NCBI GenBank assembly: GCA_030770535.1
Contig: JASVEC010000121.1
Coordinates: 1-46,692 of the forward strand
DNA: 46,692 nucleotides
Direction of reading: 5' to 3'
Source of the DNA: Batkoa obscura
Taxonomy: Eukaryota
This document shows, piece by piece, positions 22,778 to 34,783 of the stretch. Below the pieces are notes generated by a model. The model saw only the letters and a program-made list of their open reading frames with translations. It ran no database searches and was not told where the DNA came from. Within the stretch, counting starts at the first letter, position 1. Every line of letters starts with the position of its first letter. A program made the position numbers and the translations under genes.

Positions 22778-24262
22778 AATTTCGATAAAAAATAAACAAA
22801 ATGAAAAATAAAAAGGAAATAAAAGAATTGTTTATTGAAATTAACATTCACCACCCAATCTAATACCCCAAACAGTCAAATGATCATTTACCGAAGGTTT
22901 GTACCATTTTGACGCAGAACAACTAGAATCTTCTAATTTATTAGTTTTACAATGAATATTTCTATCGCCATTAACCCAAAGCTCATTATGATGATGACAA
23001 TAGTCAGAAACTAAACTAAGCTTAGGTGGTAAATGAGGTACCATATCATTATTATTAACAACTCGAGTGAATGTAAAAGTTTGTTGATTCAAATATCGTG
23101 CAAATTCCTTATCTCCAACCCTTGGTTCTCCATAAGTAAATACTTGTAACTTATCATCTTTTAAGTTTAGTTTTTCTCTTAACATTAAAGAACTTAAAGT
23201 GGCTATTGAGCCACCCAAACTATGCCCAACAATAACTAATTTATAATCTTTATGCTCATTCATCAGTTGTTTTAACTTATTCATATACATTGGTAATAAT
23301 TCATCACTACATTGTTTAAATCCACGATGAACTTTATATTCTTTTTTATCAAATATAATAGGATCTTTGAAAAACTTAGCATCTTGAATAAAGTTTCTTA
23401 ATGAAGAACTCCCACGAAAACCTAGAGTAATAGCTTTTTTCATATTATCAACAGCTAAATAGGCTTTAGTTTCTGTCTTTTTATCAAAATAAGTTCCTCG
23501 ATGCTGAATCGGTACATGTTGACAATGAGAGCATGACCAATTCATTAAATTCATATCATTACAGTAAGCTGCACCTGCTAATCGAGCATAATATTTACTA
23601 GTTTGAATATCACTCACTTTTAATTGAGTTGGTAATTCAATGGCACGTCCAGTAGCTTCCTCCTGGGACTCTGGTTCTAATTTGACATTTTCTTTCAAAT
23701 AATTTAAATTTTCCATCAAATCTTTAAAATAATCATCTTGTACTGGTTCCGTATTGTTAGTGCCAGTATTCAAACTGGGTTTAATATTATTTGATGGTAA
23801 TACATTATCATTGGTAGTAGTAGTAGCACTGTTACCAGTTGTTTCAGTTGATTGACATTGAATTAATGATATGCCGAAAAATAAAGCAATAATAGCCGGA
23901 TTATTGTAACTTAAGAGCATGTTTCTAATATATTATAGATGATTGATTTGATGTATGATTTTTGTAAATGTAAGGCCAACATTTACAGGGTTTATATACT
24001 TTTTTAATGAATACGTATTTAGTGTTACTATACTATGGGGTGATTTTACATAGTCTAGCCATTTGACAAAAACAAGACTAAAGATTAGTTGGAATCGTTA
24101 ACTATCGATATATTTAATCAAAACAACAATATTGGTAGAATTTGTTTAATATTCAAGGTACGCTTTATAGTTTAATTTAGTTATTCTTTAAATTGATCAT
24201 GTAATCTGACTTTTGATTTCATTACAATATTATTCTATTTAGTTATTAAATTTTAATGATAC
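22778..24262 (-). repeat. ~1.49-kb segment duplicated in inverted orientation at 39782-41269
   Basis: The lipase CDS, ~340 bp upstream and ~60 bp downstream are near-identical to the reverse complement of 39782-41269. Confidence 0.92.
22841..23920 (-). CDS. Secreted class-3 lipase precursor (359 aa, intronless)
   Basis: Signal-like N-terminus and propeptide, then FRGSSS, GHSLGG, DMVPHLP and NDHL. Confidence 0.95.
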   Translation of the reverse strand: MLLSYNNPAIIALFFGISLIQCQSTETTGNSATTTTNDNVLPSNNIKPSLNTGTNNTEPVQDDYFKDLMENLNYLKENVKLEPESQEEATGRAIELPTQLKVSDIQTSKYYARLAGAAYCNDMNLMNWSCSHCQHVPIQHRGTYFDKKTETKAYLAVDNMKKAITLGFRGSSSLRNFIQDAKFFKDPIIFDKKEYKVHRGFKQCSDELLPMYMNKLKQLMNEHKDYKLVIVGHSLGGSIATLSSLMLREKLNLKDDKLQVFTYGEPRVGDKEFARYLNQQTFTFTRVVNNNDMVPHLPPKLSLVSDYCHHHNELWVNGDRNIHCKTNKLEDSSCSASKWYKPSVNDHLTVWGIRLGGEC

Positions 24263-25116
24263 TACTCAATAAAATTAATTGACAAAATATATTAAATTAA
24301 AATTAGATATGGGATATTTTAATCATGAGAGAAAAATTACTTGGCAATACGATGTTTTATACTTTTATTTAAATTAATGATTTTTTAGTTATTATTTGAC
24401 TATTTACTATAAGATAATGGCTTTGTCCATATTTGATTTAATGATATTTCTCATATTTATTCTTAACTTTATTATTCTTAAATTTTTGTAACAAAATTGG
24501 ATTTATAAGAGCTATTCATGTATTAATCAAAGGTGCAATAGGTATTGATATTAGGGACTTAATGATGTTAAGCTTTAATTGAAATAAGCATATTAATTAA
24601 ATATTCAACAAAATAACCAGAAATTCTGTATTTAATTATTCATCAACTGAGTGCTAAAAAAGACTAAATTTAATATAAAGAATTATTTTATCTGTTTAGT
24701 TTTTTTTGCGTTTTTATTAATATATTACAGAACCCATCTAGCTTCAAACACTATTTTTAAGCGCATAACTATTTAGTTTAATTTTATATGCAAAACTTCA
24801 AACCAAACCCTAACATTTTCAATTACACTAGTATTTAGTATAATTGGGTAGAATTTTTAAAAGTTGTTTGACTGAGATTTGAATGAATTAAATATTCTAA
24901 TAATAAAAATAAAGTATTATTAAATAATGTATAGTAAAAATAAAAAACTTGGTAAAATTTCATTTTTATGTTTTTTATTTGTTTAACATAAATAATGTTT
25001 AATACTTTAACTTATTTAACATATGAATGTTATTTAGTAGTTTATTTTAGTTTAATTTTTGACCTAATTTTATTAAATTATAAATGTTACTGTAAAATAT
25101 TTTACCATCATTATAT

Positions 25117-25200
25117 AAAGGTGTTTTCTTATTTTATCACTTTTTATTGTTTAAGTGCTATTTGAGTAAAGAAGCTATTAATAGAAATTTTTATGTTTAA
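25117..25200 (-). mobile_element. Highly degenerate MITE copy
   Basis: GGTGTTTT...ATCACTTTTT...TTAAGTGCTATTTGAGT core. Confidence 0.55.
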
Positions 25201-25243
25201 AATAATTTAAACAATATTTATCATTCTCAATTTTTTTAAAATA

Positions 25244-25341
25244 GGAATGTTTTTGTTTTGTTTTGTTACTTTTTCTGTTTTTTAAACACTATTTGAGTGG
25301 AAAAACTACACTAAAACTCTTAAACATAAAAACACATCTCC
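25244..25341 (-). mobile_element. ~98-bp MITE copy
   Basis: GGAATGTTTTTG...CTATTTGAGTGGAAAAA...AAAAACACATCTCC. Confidence 0.8.
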
Positions 25342-25475
25342 ATGTACTGAATCATGATTTAACATTTCGGATAAGTAAAATAAGTAAAATAAGTAAAATA
25401 AACTCTGTCTATTGTTTTATTATTTTTAAATATAAAACATCAAACCCTAATGCTGATATGACTTGCTTATTATAG
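25342..25475 (-). mobile_element. Decayed Sola-like transposase fragment
   Basis: The reverse complement (TATAATAAGCAAGTCATATCAGCATTAGGGTTTGATG...AATCATGATTCAG) aligns to ~21215-21335, i.e. HYNKQAISVLGFG...NHDS. Confidence 0.8.
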
Positions 25476-25938
25476 TGTGAAATATCGCTTTGTCAGCTCC
25501 ATGGTTGACTATAACACAACAATCAATTAAATTGTCGTGTTCCCGAATTCAGAGACAATCAATCCCACACTCTTAGTTTGATTTGTTATAAGAATTTCTA
25601 GCTTCATCCCAAAGAATATTATCTCCCCCTTTTGATACTTATACTTATCAGAGTATAAAAAAGGTTTTAGAACATAATAACTCGAGACTTTTTTACTGGG
25701 TTACTCCCTGATATCTCGTACATTTAACAAAGCTATTAAACCTTTTTGATAATATTTTATGTAGATTTTACAGTAGTATTATTTATTATATTTATTTTAC
25801 ATAGTCTGTAGCATATTAGATACTATTCTTCATAGCTCAAGTCTATCTTAGCCACATAAATTAAGACCTTTCAATTTATGACTATTTAATCAAGCAAAAA
25901 CTGATTTTGGCTCCAACCACTGAGTACCAGATTTCATA
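25476..25938 (+). mobile_element. 463-bp solo-LTR-like repeat, second copy
   Basis: TGTGAAATAT...AGATTTCATA, colinear with the reverse complement of 16403-16866. Internal TATAAAAAAGG; no clean TSD. Confidence 0.7.
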
Positions 25939-25985
25939 TAAGCAAATACAAAAAAAATTAAATCTCAAAAGTTTTTGCATTATAT

Positions 25986-26082
25986 GGGGATGTTTTTTTA
26001 GTTCATCACTTTTTTCATCTTTTAAGCGCTATTTGAGCGAAAATATTGTTAGTAAAATTCTTAAACACAAAAATACATCCCC
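25986..26082 (-). mobile_element. ~98-bp MITE copy
   Basis: GGGGATGTTTTTTT...AAAAATACATCCCC, TSD ATAT/ATAT. Confidence 0.9.
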
Positions 26083-27249
26083 ATATATTAATTTTATTTT
26101 TCTAATATCGGACATTTTTTAAAATTTATCAAATAACTTATTATATTTTTTGTACGTTTTTTGAAAGTTAGAATTAAATTAATAAAACTTATTCACTAAT
26201 TTAACTTAAATTTTAGACAACTTTAAAAATTTTATTTAATTCAAACCAAATATTGCCATTTTTAACTATATTAGTATTTGGTTTAAAATTTTGTATGCTC
26301 AATTAAACTAAACAGTTGTATATTTAAAAATAATATCCCTAAATTTAAACAGGCCTTATAATATAAAAAGATGTTTTTATTAATAAAATTCGTTATTAAT
26401 TTTAAATACTATTAAAAAACGAAGTCAAAGAACGCAGCCTACAGACACTTTTTGAAAATTCATTGGAATTTTTTTCCAATTTTATGCTTCATAAAAAAGA
26501 AAGCAAAAATTATCACTCAAAAAGAATTAGTCAAAAAAACGAATCTCTGTCCTTTAAATCTTCAATCCCATAATTAAGAATTAATGAAACATGGTTAGTC
26601 ACAGTTCCTAGCTATTGGTAAATACTTCGATCCTTCTATATGAAGTTCAAAAACACATGATGAATGTAGTTTATAACTCGTTAACTTGATAACTTTTTTT
26701 TTTTTTTAAAAGTTATTGGTTTTTTTAAATCGAAGCTTTTATCTATGGAAAGAATTAAGTCAATCAGGGATAGTTCGAGTAAAAGGCAAATATTTCTTGT
26801 TACGTTTAGTTGCTTTTTAACATTCTGATTAAATAATAATTTATTAATACTAGAACTTATAGAATCAAATTTAAATACAATCTCTAAATTTAAGAAAATT
26901 CGAAAAGCTTTAAATAGATTTAATTTCCAATTTTTATAATTGATATTATATTTATAAAATTATGAGAAAACTTTGCTATTTTTTTACTTCAACCTTAAAC
27001 TTTATTTTATTCCATTTGATAAATAAAACTCATAATTCAAAATTATGTTCTACAATTAACTCATCTAAAATAAAACAAAAAGTGCTTAATAGTTCAATAA
27101 TTTATTACTTCCTTTTTATTCTGAAAATAAACTTTATGTATTCATAGTCTCCTATTTACACTCCAATTTTATCCCTTAATTTTATTTTTGATAACAATTT
27201 AATTAATCATTTTCAAATAAAAACTCTTTTTTATAAATTATCTTTGTTA

Positions 27250-30200
27250 TTATAATCCAGAATATAACTTTCTATTATAATTAACGGTAGCTTGAAATAT
27301 TACTCTTTTACAAACATCTCTATTACGATGCTCATGAATTAATATCTGTCCAGAAACCAATTCTTTTTCCATTGTAATCATTCCATTTTTTAAACATTCT
27401 AATAAACCTTGAGTAGCTATTGGTTTAAAATAAATTGAAACAGACATCCTTGAACTACCTAAGATTGTAAATATAACTGAATTAGATGTACGTTGAATAT
27501 ATCCTGCTTCACCATATTGTGGTATTATAGGCTTTGATGGTAGTGGGGAAGTATTGTTATCCGATGATGATAATTTTGAATTATTTTCTTCTTCTTCATC
27601 ATCTTCCATACCTGGTATTTCTTCTTCCCCATTTCTTAATCGATTTAGTTTATCTTCAATTTTTTTAACTTTGTCATCCCTTCCTTTACGTTTGGCAATT
27701 TTTAATTTTTGTTCTAATGTTTCAATCTTTTGTTCTACTTCCATGGTTAATATAGATGAACTAATTTCTTCATCAAAATTAACATAAAAATAAACTTCAC
27801 CTAAACACCACCCAAAATTCATTTCTCCTGTATCTACTCTTACTTCAAATACTTTGGGTAATTTATGAGTATTACTTATATGGATATCTCGAGGTTTAAC
27901 ACATAATTCATTAATATAACAAGAACCAAAATCTTCTGTTAATGGTTCTACTGAAAATATAGTTGGTTTTCTTATTAAAGCTTTAATTAATAAAGCTTTG
28001 TCATCATCTGGATCAAATACATTGCGTATAATTATATTTTCTTCAAAGGGGCCTGGTAAAGATGGATTAAATAATAAATTCACTTGTTTTTTACCAAAAC
28101 CTCTAATAACTCCATATTTACTACCTTCAAAATAAAGATCTCCTGAGGCTATTGAACCTGATTTACGTAACATAAATACTAGTGGATGTTCACTACAATT
28201 CCTTAATACAATAATTTTATTTCGACTATCGTCTTTATCAATTAATCCGAAATTAAAATTTTTTTGACCTAATTCCATTATTGATTTACTAATTAATGAT
28301 TTTACCATTAATTCTCTTACTGGTATTTTATTCATTTTTTCACCTAACATTGATTTGAATTCTTTATCTATAATATTTTGATCAAATTCCAATAATTTAA
28401 TTAATATTTTGCCGTTAAATGTTCTTGGTATACCTTGTAAATGGGGCATTGTATGTCTTTGAGCTACAAATAAAAATATAATATGAAATTTACTATTAGG
28501 TGGTATTGTTATTTTTTTTATTGGTATAATTACTTGTTCTTTTATTAATGTTTCTAAATCTTTCCGTTGTTGTATCATTTTTTTGGCATATTCTTCTTCT
28601 GCCATTAAATTAGGAAATAAAGGTATTGGTTGGTTCATACTTTCTTCCATTTTATGAAATATTGAATTTGTTAAATTAATACTATGTTGCATTGGACTTG
28701 ACCGATGAGAAGATTCAGCTGTAGGTGGTGAAGTTATATTATAATTTTGGTTTTGTAAATTTAATTGTGAAGATAATGGACTATTTTTTTTAATTTGTTT
28801 TAATGAATTTGTATCATTAAATTGATTATCTGAATTATTGCTATTATTCATCTTATTATTATTAGAATTATCAGCTAAATCTAAATAAGAAGTAGTTTTA
28901 GTAGCTGATTGAGATCGAAATAATCTATAATGATCTCCTTTAATTTGATTAAAAGTTCTTGAGACACTATTAATTTTAATTCCTTTTTTTTGATTTCTTA
29001 TTTGATCATCCATTTTTTCTAATATAGATTCTCTTAAATCTGCTCCAGATAAAGAATTTAAACCATGATTAAAATTACTAATAGGTAATGGATTATTGGG
29101 GTCATTATTATACAATTCTAAACTTTGTGGTACTGCTTCATTAATTTTAAAAAAATACATTTCTTCAGGTCGATTAGTAGACAATTCCAATGTTAAGTAA
29201 TCTAAACTAATATTTTCAATTATAAAATTACTTAATGCAGGTGAATTAACAATGACGGAATTTAAATTAATAAAATTAGCCCCACTAGCTGTATGTATTT
29301 TATAAAATAAACTATGAAATGTAACTTGATTTTTATCTACATGATTCGATTGAACATGTAATATTTGATCATTGTTGGGGTTATTTAAATTAGCTATGAC
29401 AATTTGTTTTCTATAACCTGAATTAATTTTTCTTGGGAATAATGTAACATTCACTTCAATAGAACTATTGGGTGTAATTACGAATGGTCCTTTATGACAA
29501 CTAATAACTTTAGAGGCATATCTTAATTCTACTTGAGTTGTTAAATCTGAATGATTAGCAATAAATACTGGTAAAGTTTTATGCATCCCAATATTAATAT
29601 CTCCAAAATCTAGTTTAGACGGCAATAATTCAATAAAAGATGTACAACTTCTTGCTTTACAATGGATAATTTTGATTTTTTGACTACGCTTAATAAAAGA
29701 AGGTGAATTGGGCCAATTTGAATTAATATTTTCCAATTTAAAATAAAATAATTGGATTTGAAAACTATTTCTTATTAATTTTCCTGCATTAAAATCTGTA
29801 GAGTATAAATTCAGAGTGGGTCGATAATACACTTTAATTGTTTTTTCACTACCTGGCTTTAATACCAATTCTTCAATATAAGTGATTGTGTTAGGTAATC
29901 CATCATGATTTTGATATTTATAATCTAATATACTATCATTATCTGTTTCTGATTCATTTTCTATATCCATACGATTGTATTTATTACTTAATCTTTGGCT
30001 ATTAATATCATTATCTATATTGTTTTCAGATAATATTAATGAATTTAAATCAATATCTTTAAATCTAGAAGAAGTAGGTGAATGAGGTTTGGAAGCATTA
30101 GCTGAAGTAGGTTCACTAATATTATCTGATAAATTAGATGAACTATCTTGTCTTCTTAATCTAGTACGATGTTTTATGTCATCATTAGTTAATGCAAATT

Positions 30201-31326
30201 TAACTTCTGGTATACTTGATGATAATAATATTTCTAAGTGAGAATCTGATAAATTTTTAATAGTTAATATTCTATTAACCCAAACACCACCGTAACAATC
30301 CCCATAATCTAACAAATGAGTATTAGTAGAAATAGCAGGTGATTCATTGATGTCTAATTCACCCACAATAGCATATAAATGACATTCAATAAAGTTTGAT
30401 GGGTCATTAATATTAACAATTTGCATATCTAAGTTAAATTCACATTCCGTTATTGGTTGAAAAGTCATCCTTACTTTTTTACATTGATACGGACCTAATT
30501 TCCCTGAAGTAAAAGAAGGCCCCGTTGGTAAGGAATGAAACTCAAAAAAATGACGCCATTTACTTCCTGCCGATCCGATAAAATTAATACAATATTCTAA
30601 TTCAATTTCAGAACGATTATAAATCATAAAATCCCTTATATATATTCCATTGATTGCACAAGAACCAAATGAAATATCGCTATTAGAGATATCACTATCT
30701 AATACCGATAAACAAACATTGGATTTAAAGGGTATAGTTAATATATGTTGATTCATTATATCAGTATCCAATTCTCCACCTTTTAGTTTAGTTGCATGTT
30801 CTATGTTGGCTCTAAAATTAATGTAACCTTGAGTAATAAAATAATCATGTTGCTCTATAATTTCCCCACTTTTGATTTCTTTTTCTTTTGAAAAAAAGGG
30901 ATCTGTTAATACTTCTGTTGGTGTCTTAGCTATATATTGTGGTAGATAGCCAAGTACTAAAGATTGAGTATAATTTGGTTTTAATAAGATACTCGTTATT
31001 GGTTCCACATGATTAAATATTTCATTATAAAATATAGGTCGATCGTTTAATATTAAATCTATAATAAGATAAAGATTCAATTATAAAAAATGATAACAAT
31101 TATTATACTTACCCAAGTCTTCCGTCTCTGGTAAATTTTCATTCCTTAATTGGAATGTAATCTGTTCCGATAAATTGGTTTCCAAGTTCACATAGACTAG
31201 TTTATTTGTTAAATTTTTAATTTTTATCCTTTTTAATACATGCAACCCATTTAAATATACTTTGGAAAATTCAATTCCTTCTGGTCCTACTTCAAATAAT
31301 TTAATTAACTTTTCTCTCTTCTTCAT
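27250..31326 (-). CDS. Large uncharacterised protein with repeated Ig-like/ASH (PapD-like) modules; 2 exons (31326-31113, 31058-27250), ~1340 aa
   Basis: A 54-nt GTAAGT...TAG intron fuses the 81-aa and 1276-aa ORFs in frame (EDL-D-LILNDRP). Recurrent [LF]DFG....I.N.S pattern: ISFGSC..IYNRS, LDYGDC..IKNLS, LDFGDI..IANHS, FNFGLI..LRNCS, EDFGSC..ISNTH. Confidence 0.8.
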
Positions 31327-31490
31327 TCAATGTCAAACTTTGTTGATGATTTGCTTTTTCAATTCAAAGTTGACATCTTTGTTTGCAATCATTGAAGTGC
31401 AAAAGGGAATGCAAAATTTAAATGTTTGCTAACTAATAGTAAATCAAATCAAATGAATTTGAATTATTACTTGGGTTGTTATTAGCTTAT

Positions 31491-31588
31491 GGGGGTGTTT
31501 TTTTGGCTTCATTACTTTTCCCATTTTTTAAGCGCTATTTGAGCAGAAATATTGTTAGTAAAATTCTTGAACATAAAAATACATCTCC
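31491..31588 (-). mobile_element. ~98-bp MITE copy
   Basis: GGGGGTGTTTTTTTGG...AAAAATACATCTCC, TSD TTAT/TTAT; lies 165 bp upstream of the 31326 ATG. Confidence 0.9.
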
Positions 31589-32150
31589 TTATTTTAAAAA
31601 AATAAAAACAGCTAATAATTATAATAATAATGTCAGTATTGAATTTGCTTACCAAAGTATTTTTCAGTTGGTAGTTTTCTTAGATCTAAAACTCTATTTT
31701 TTTCATTAAAAACTGGGCTATCGAAATCAAATACTCTTAGGATTTTTTATAGAAATAGTAACTTGTAGAAAATTAATATAAAAGAATTACTATTTTATTC
31801 ATTAAAGATGTTTATTTAATAAATTATTTTATTTGAGTTATTTATACATAGAAATTATAGTTTTATTATTAAAATTAATTTATTATACTAACCTTATAGT
31901 TTCTTAGGCTTATAAACCAATTTATTATCCATTATCTTTATTTTATTTTTATCAATCCACTTCATAAGTGCTAGAACAAGTATTAACGTTTAAGTTGATG
32001 ACTTTTCAAAGCTAAAATTTAAAGATATTTTCTGACTTCAAATATACAATACTAATTTATGTATAACATTTAAAATTATGTTTTATTGCCAATAATTATA
32101 TAGGATGTCTAAATTAGTTTCATTCTTTGTTCAATTTTAAAATACTAAAT

Positions 32151-34615
32151 GGGGCTGTCCTAATTGGTTTCAGAATCTACTTAGAAATTAATCCAAATTT
32201 AAAATTTTAAGTTTGTGTTCAATATAACGGTTAAATCTAAAAAGCCTAAAATTAAATGTCTCTATTTAAAACTTATTTTAATTGTTTCCTTTTCTTAAAT
32301 AGCTAATTTTCCTAACTATGTATTTTATGTTAGTTCTGTTAGATATTTAACAGATATATAATATATAACTATATGATTATATAATTATATAAATACATAA
32401 TTATATAAACACAATTATTTGACTTTATTTGACTTTATTTTTTGTTGAAATAAAAATAAAATGCAAACTTTCATAACTAAACTTCGAAATGGAATTTTTG
32501 AAAACTTCAATACAATAGGGAGGAGTACACAATATAAACATTGTAATTCATTTACATCAATTTTAAGAGCTACTTATAACAACCCAAGGTTTATGGAATT
32601 TTATAATAAAACAAAACAAAGAAAAGATATATTATCAAAGTTTACTATCGATAATAATAAACTTAATCAAGTAATGTATAAAATTAGTGCTTTAAGGGAA
32701 ACAGGAAACAAAAGTCAGCAAGTAGCGTTATTATCAACTATAGCTTCAGTATATTCTTTTGATGAATGTAAGAGTTTTGGGTTTAATATAAATAGAAATC
32801 AATATGATTATTCAAAAACAAGTAATAATAATAAAATATCAACATTAAAACCTATTATTAAAAATACAAAAAAAATTAAAGATGACCAAATTGAAACTAT
32901 CATACAATATTTACTAAATGATTCAACTATTTCATCAAGATTTAATAAAAAAAATAACGATAGTAAATATTCATCAGATAATATATATATATTAAATAAA
33001 AGTAGAAGAATGATATATAGTAAATATTTGAATGATCTAAGAGATAAAGCAGTAGCTAGGTCAACGTTCTTTAAATATATACCAACTAATTTCAAAAATC
33101 CAGCAAGAAAAACGGATCTATGTAATATATGTACCCAGTATACAGTTAGAAAAAAGTTATTTGAAAATAAAATAAATACAGCAAAAAACAAAGCAGAGAT
33201 ACAAGAAATTTTCAACGAAGAAGAAAAATTATACAAATTACATAAATTCTGTGTTGATACTCAAAAAAACACATTTAATGAAACTATCAAAAAATTAAAT
33301 AACAAAAGTTGTATAATAGTTTTAGATTTTAAACAAAATATGGAAATAGGAACAAGACCAGATTCAATAAATCTAGATCATTATAATAAACAAGCTATAT
33401 CAGTATTAGGTTTTGGTGTATTATATTTAAAAGATGATAAAACGATAGGCAAAGTTTACTTTGATTATTTATCTGAAATATTGAATCATGATTCAGCATA
33501 TGCAGGAGATTGTTTAATCGATTTAATCTCTACAGAGCTTCTATTTAAAAAGTTTACAAAAATTAATATATGGGCAGATACAGGAAATCATTTTAGATCC
33601 CAAGAGTTTCTACACTATATGTTTAAAGAAATTCATAAAATAAATAGTAGTTTGAATGTCAATCTTAATTTTTTTGCTGAGCATCATGGAAAAAGTATAG
33701 TTGATGGACATTTTGGAAACCTTTCAAAATGGAAAAGTAGTTTTGAAGCGTTAGGTAAAATAGAAGATATCGATCAATTAATTTCAAGATTTGAGGCTTT
33801 TATTTGTGAGCATAATAAAATTAATAACTCGACTGTTAATAATGGGAAAACAGATATAATTTTTAAAAAGTATAAAAGAAACAAAAATACAAAAAGAATA
33901 ATAGAGATGCAGGGCATTAAGAAGTATTTACATTTTATTAAACATAACAATAAACTACATTGTTATCCAGTATCTGATACATCAAAAAAAAGCGATATAG
34001 TCCCAATTAAAGTTATAGAGTCTATAGAAAACAGAAAAATTAAAAGATCGATCCCAGCTTACCTTACGAAGATAACAGAGAATTTAAAAATTTCGATATT
34101 TACTAAGCAAGTAAGTACTTTGTTGAATGATAGAAATAGATTGTTAAATGTTAGGATTACTTAAGTTATTAATAGCTAAGTTAATAAATAGTCAAAGAAC
34201 AAGTAACTGTAATAATATGTAAAAACTATTATTACTTATACTATATAGGGATGGTTAATTATAGTTTTGGGGCTAACCACTCCCTCCCATGCAGCTATTT
34301 ATTAACTTGGCAGTATATTAATAATGTAATTATAACATTAAAATAGTTTATTTATTTGATAATAAATCTACAATGTTGGTTATAAAGCAGTTGATAGTAA
34401 ATATTTCTCAATTAAGCTTTATAAGAACATGTATTTAAGATCTAGTAGAAATTCAACTAACTTACAGTATGAGCTATAATAGAATGATTTAGAACTGTGT
34501 TTGGGTACTTTTGTTTTAATAAAAGATGTGATTTTATAGAATTTTAAGCGAAGTTTTTAAAATACAAAATTTTTCAAAAATTGGATAAAATAATGAAACT
34601 AATTCAGACAACCCC
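32151..34615 (+). mobile_element. Autonomous Sola-like DNA transposon, copy 2 (2465 bp)
   Basis: Same TIRs as copy 1; TSD AAAT at 32147-32150 and 34616-34619. Confidence 0.93.
32461..34164 (+). CDS. Sola-like DDD transposase (567 aa)
   Basis: Intact; differs from copy 1 at N85S, S209T and S553T. Confidence 0.85.
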   Translation: MQTFITKLRNGIFENFNTIGRSTQYKHCNSFTSILRATYNNPRFMEFYNKTKQRKDILSKFTIDNNKLNQVMYKISALRETGNKSQQVALLSTIASVYSFDECKSFGFNINRNQYDYSKTSNNNKISTLKPIIKNTKKIKDDQIETIIQYLLNDSTISSRFNKKNNDSKYSSDNIYILNKSRRMIYSKYLNDLRDKAVARSTFFKYIPTNFKNPARKTDLCNICTQYTVRKKLFENKINTAKNKAEIQEIFNEEEKLYKLHKFCVDTQKNTFNETIKKLNNKSCIIVLDFKQNMEIGTRPDSINLDHYNKQAISVLGFGVLYLKDDKTIGKVYFDYLSEILNHDSAYAGDCLIDLISTELLFKKFTKINIWADTGNHFRSQEFLHYMFKEIHKINSSLNVNLNFFAEHHGKSIVDGHFGNLSKWKSSFEALGKIEDIDQLISRFEAFICEHNKINNSTVNNGKTDIIFKKYKRNKNTKRIIEMQGIKKYLHFIKHNNKLHCYPVSDTSKKSDIVPIKVIESIENRKIKRSIPAYLTKITENLKISIFTKQVSTLLNDRNRLLNVRIT

Positions 34616-34783
34616 AAATTATAAATAGAGTAACCAATAAACGGTATTAAAATAAAATTCAATTTTTCAAATGTTTTGTATTGCAAAAACTTTGCTTAAA
34701 ACTTTATAAAAAATAAATTATTTATTAAAAAGCAAAAGTCCCTGATAGTTTTAAAAAATATATATAATAAAAATCTAGTATAT

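Noticed and set aside
26657..26828. C-box (ATGATGA) and D-box (CTGA) suggesting a C/D snoRNA
   Set aside because: There is no terminal stem, a long T-run interrupts the region, I could not identify an rRNA guide, and such boxes arise by chance in AT-rich DNA.
1476..31709. Short ORFs 1476-1718, 25263-25475, 25907-26122 and 31476-31709 that resemble each other (FKRYLS...ILKHKNTSPY)
   Set aside because: They are chance read-throughs of the MITE sequence, mostly with non-ATG starts, not a protein family.
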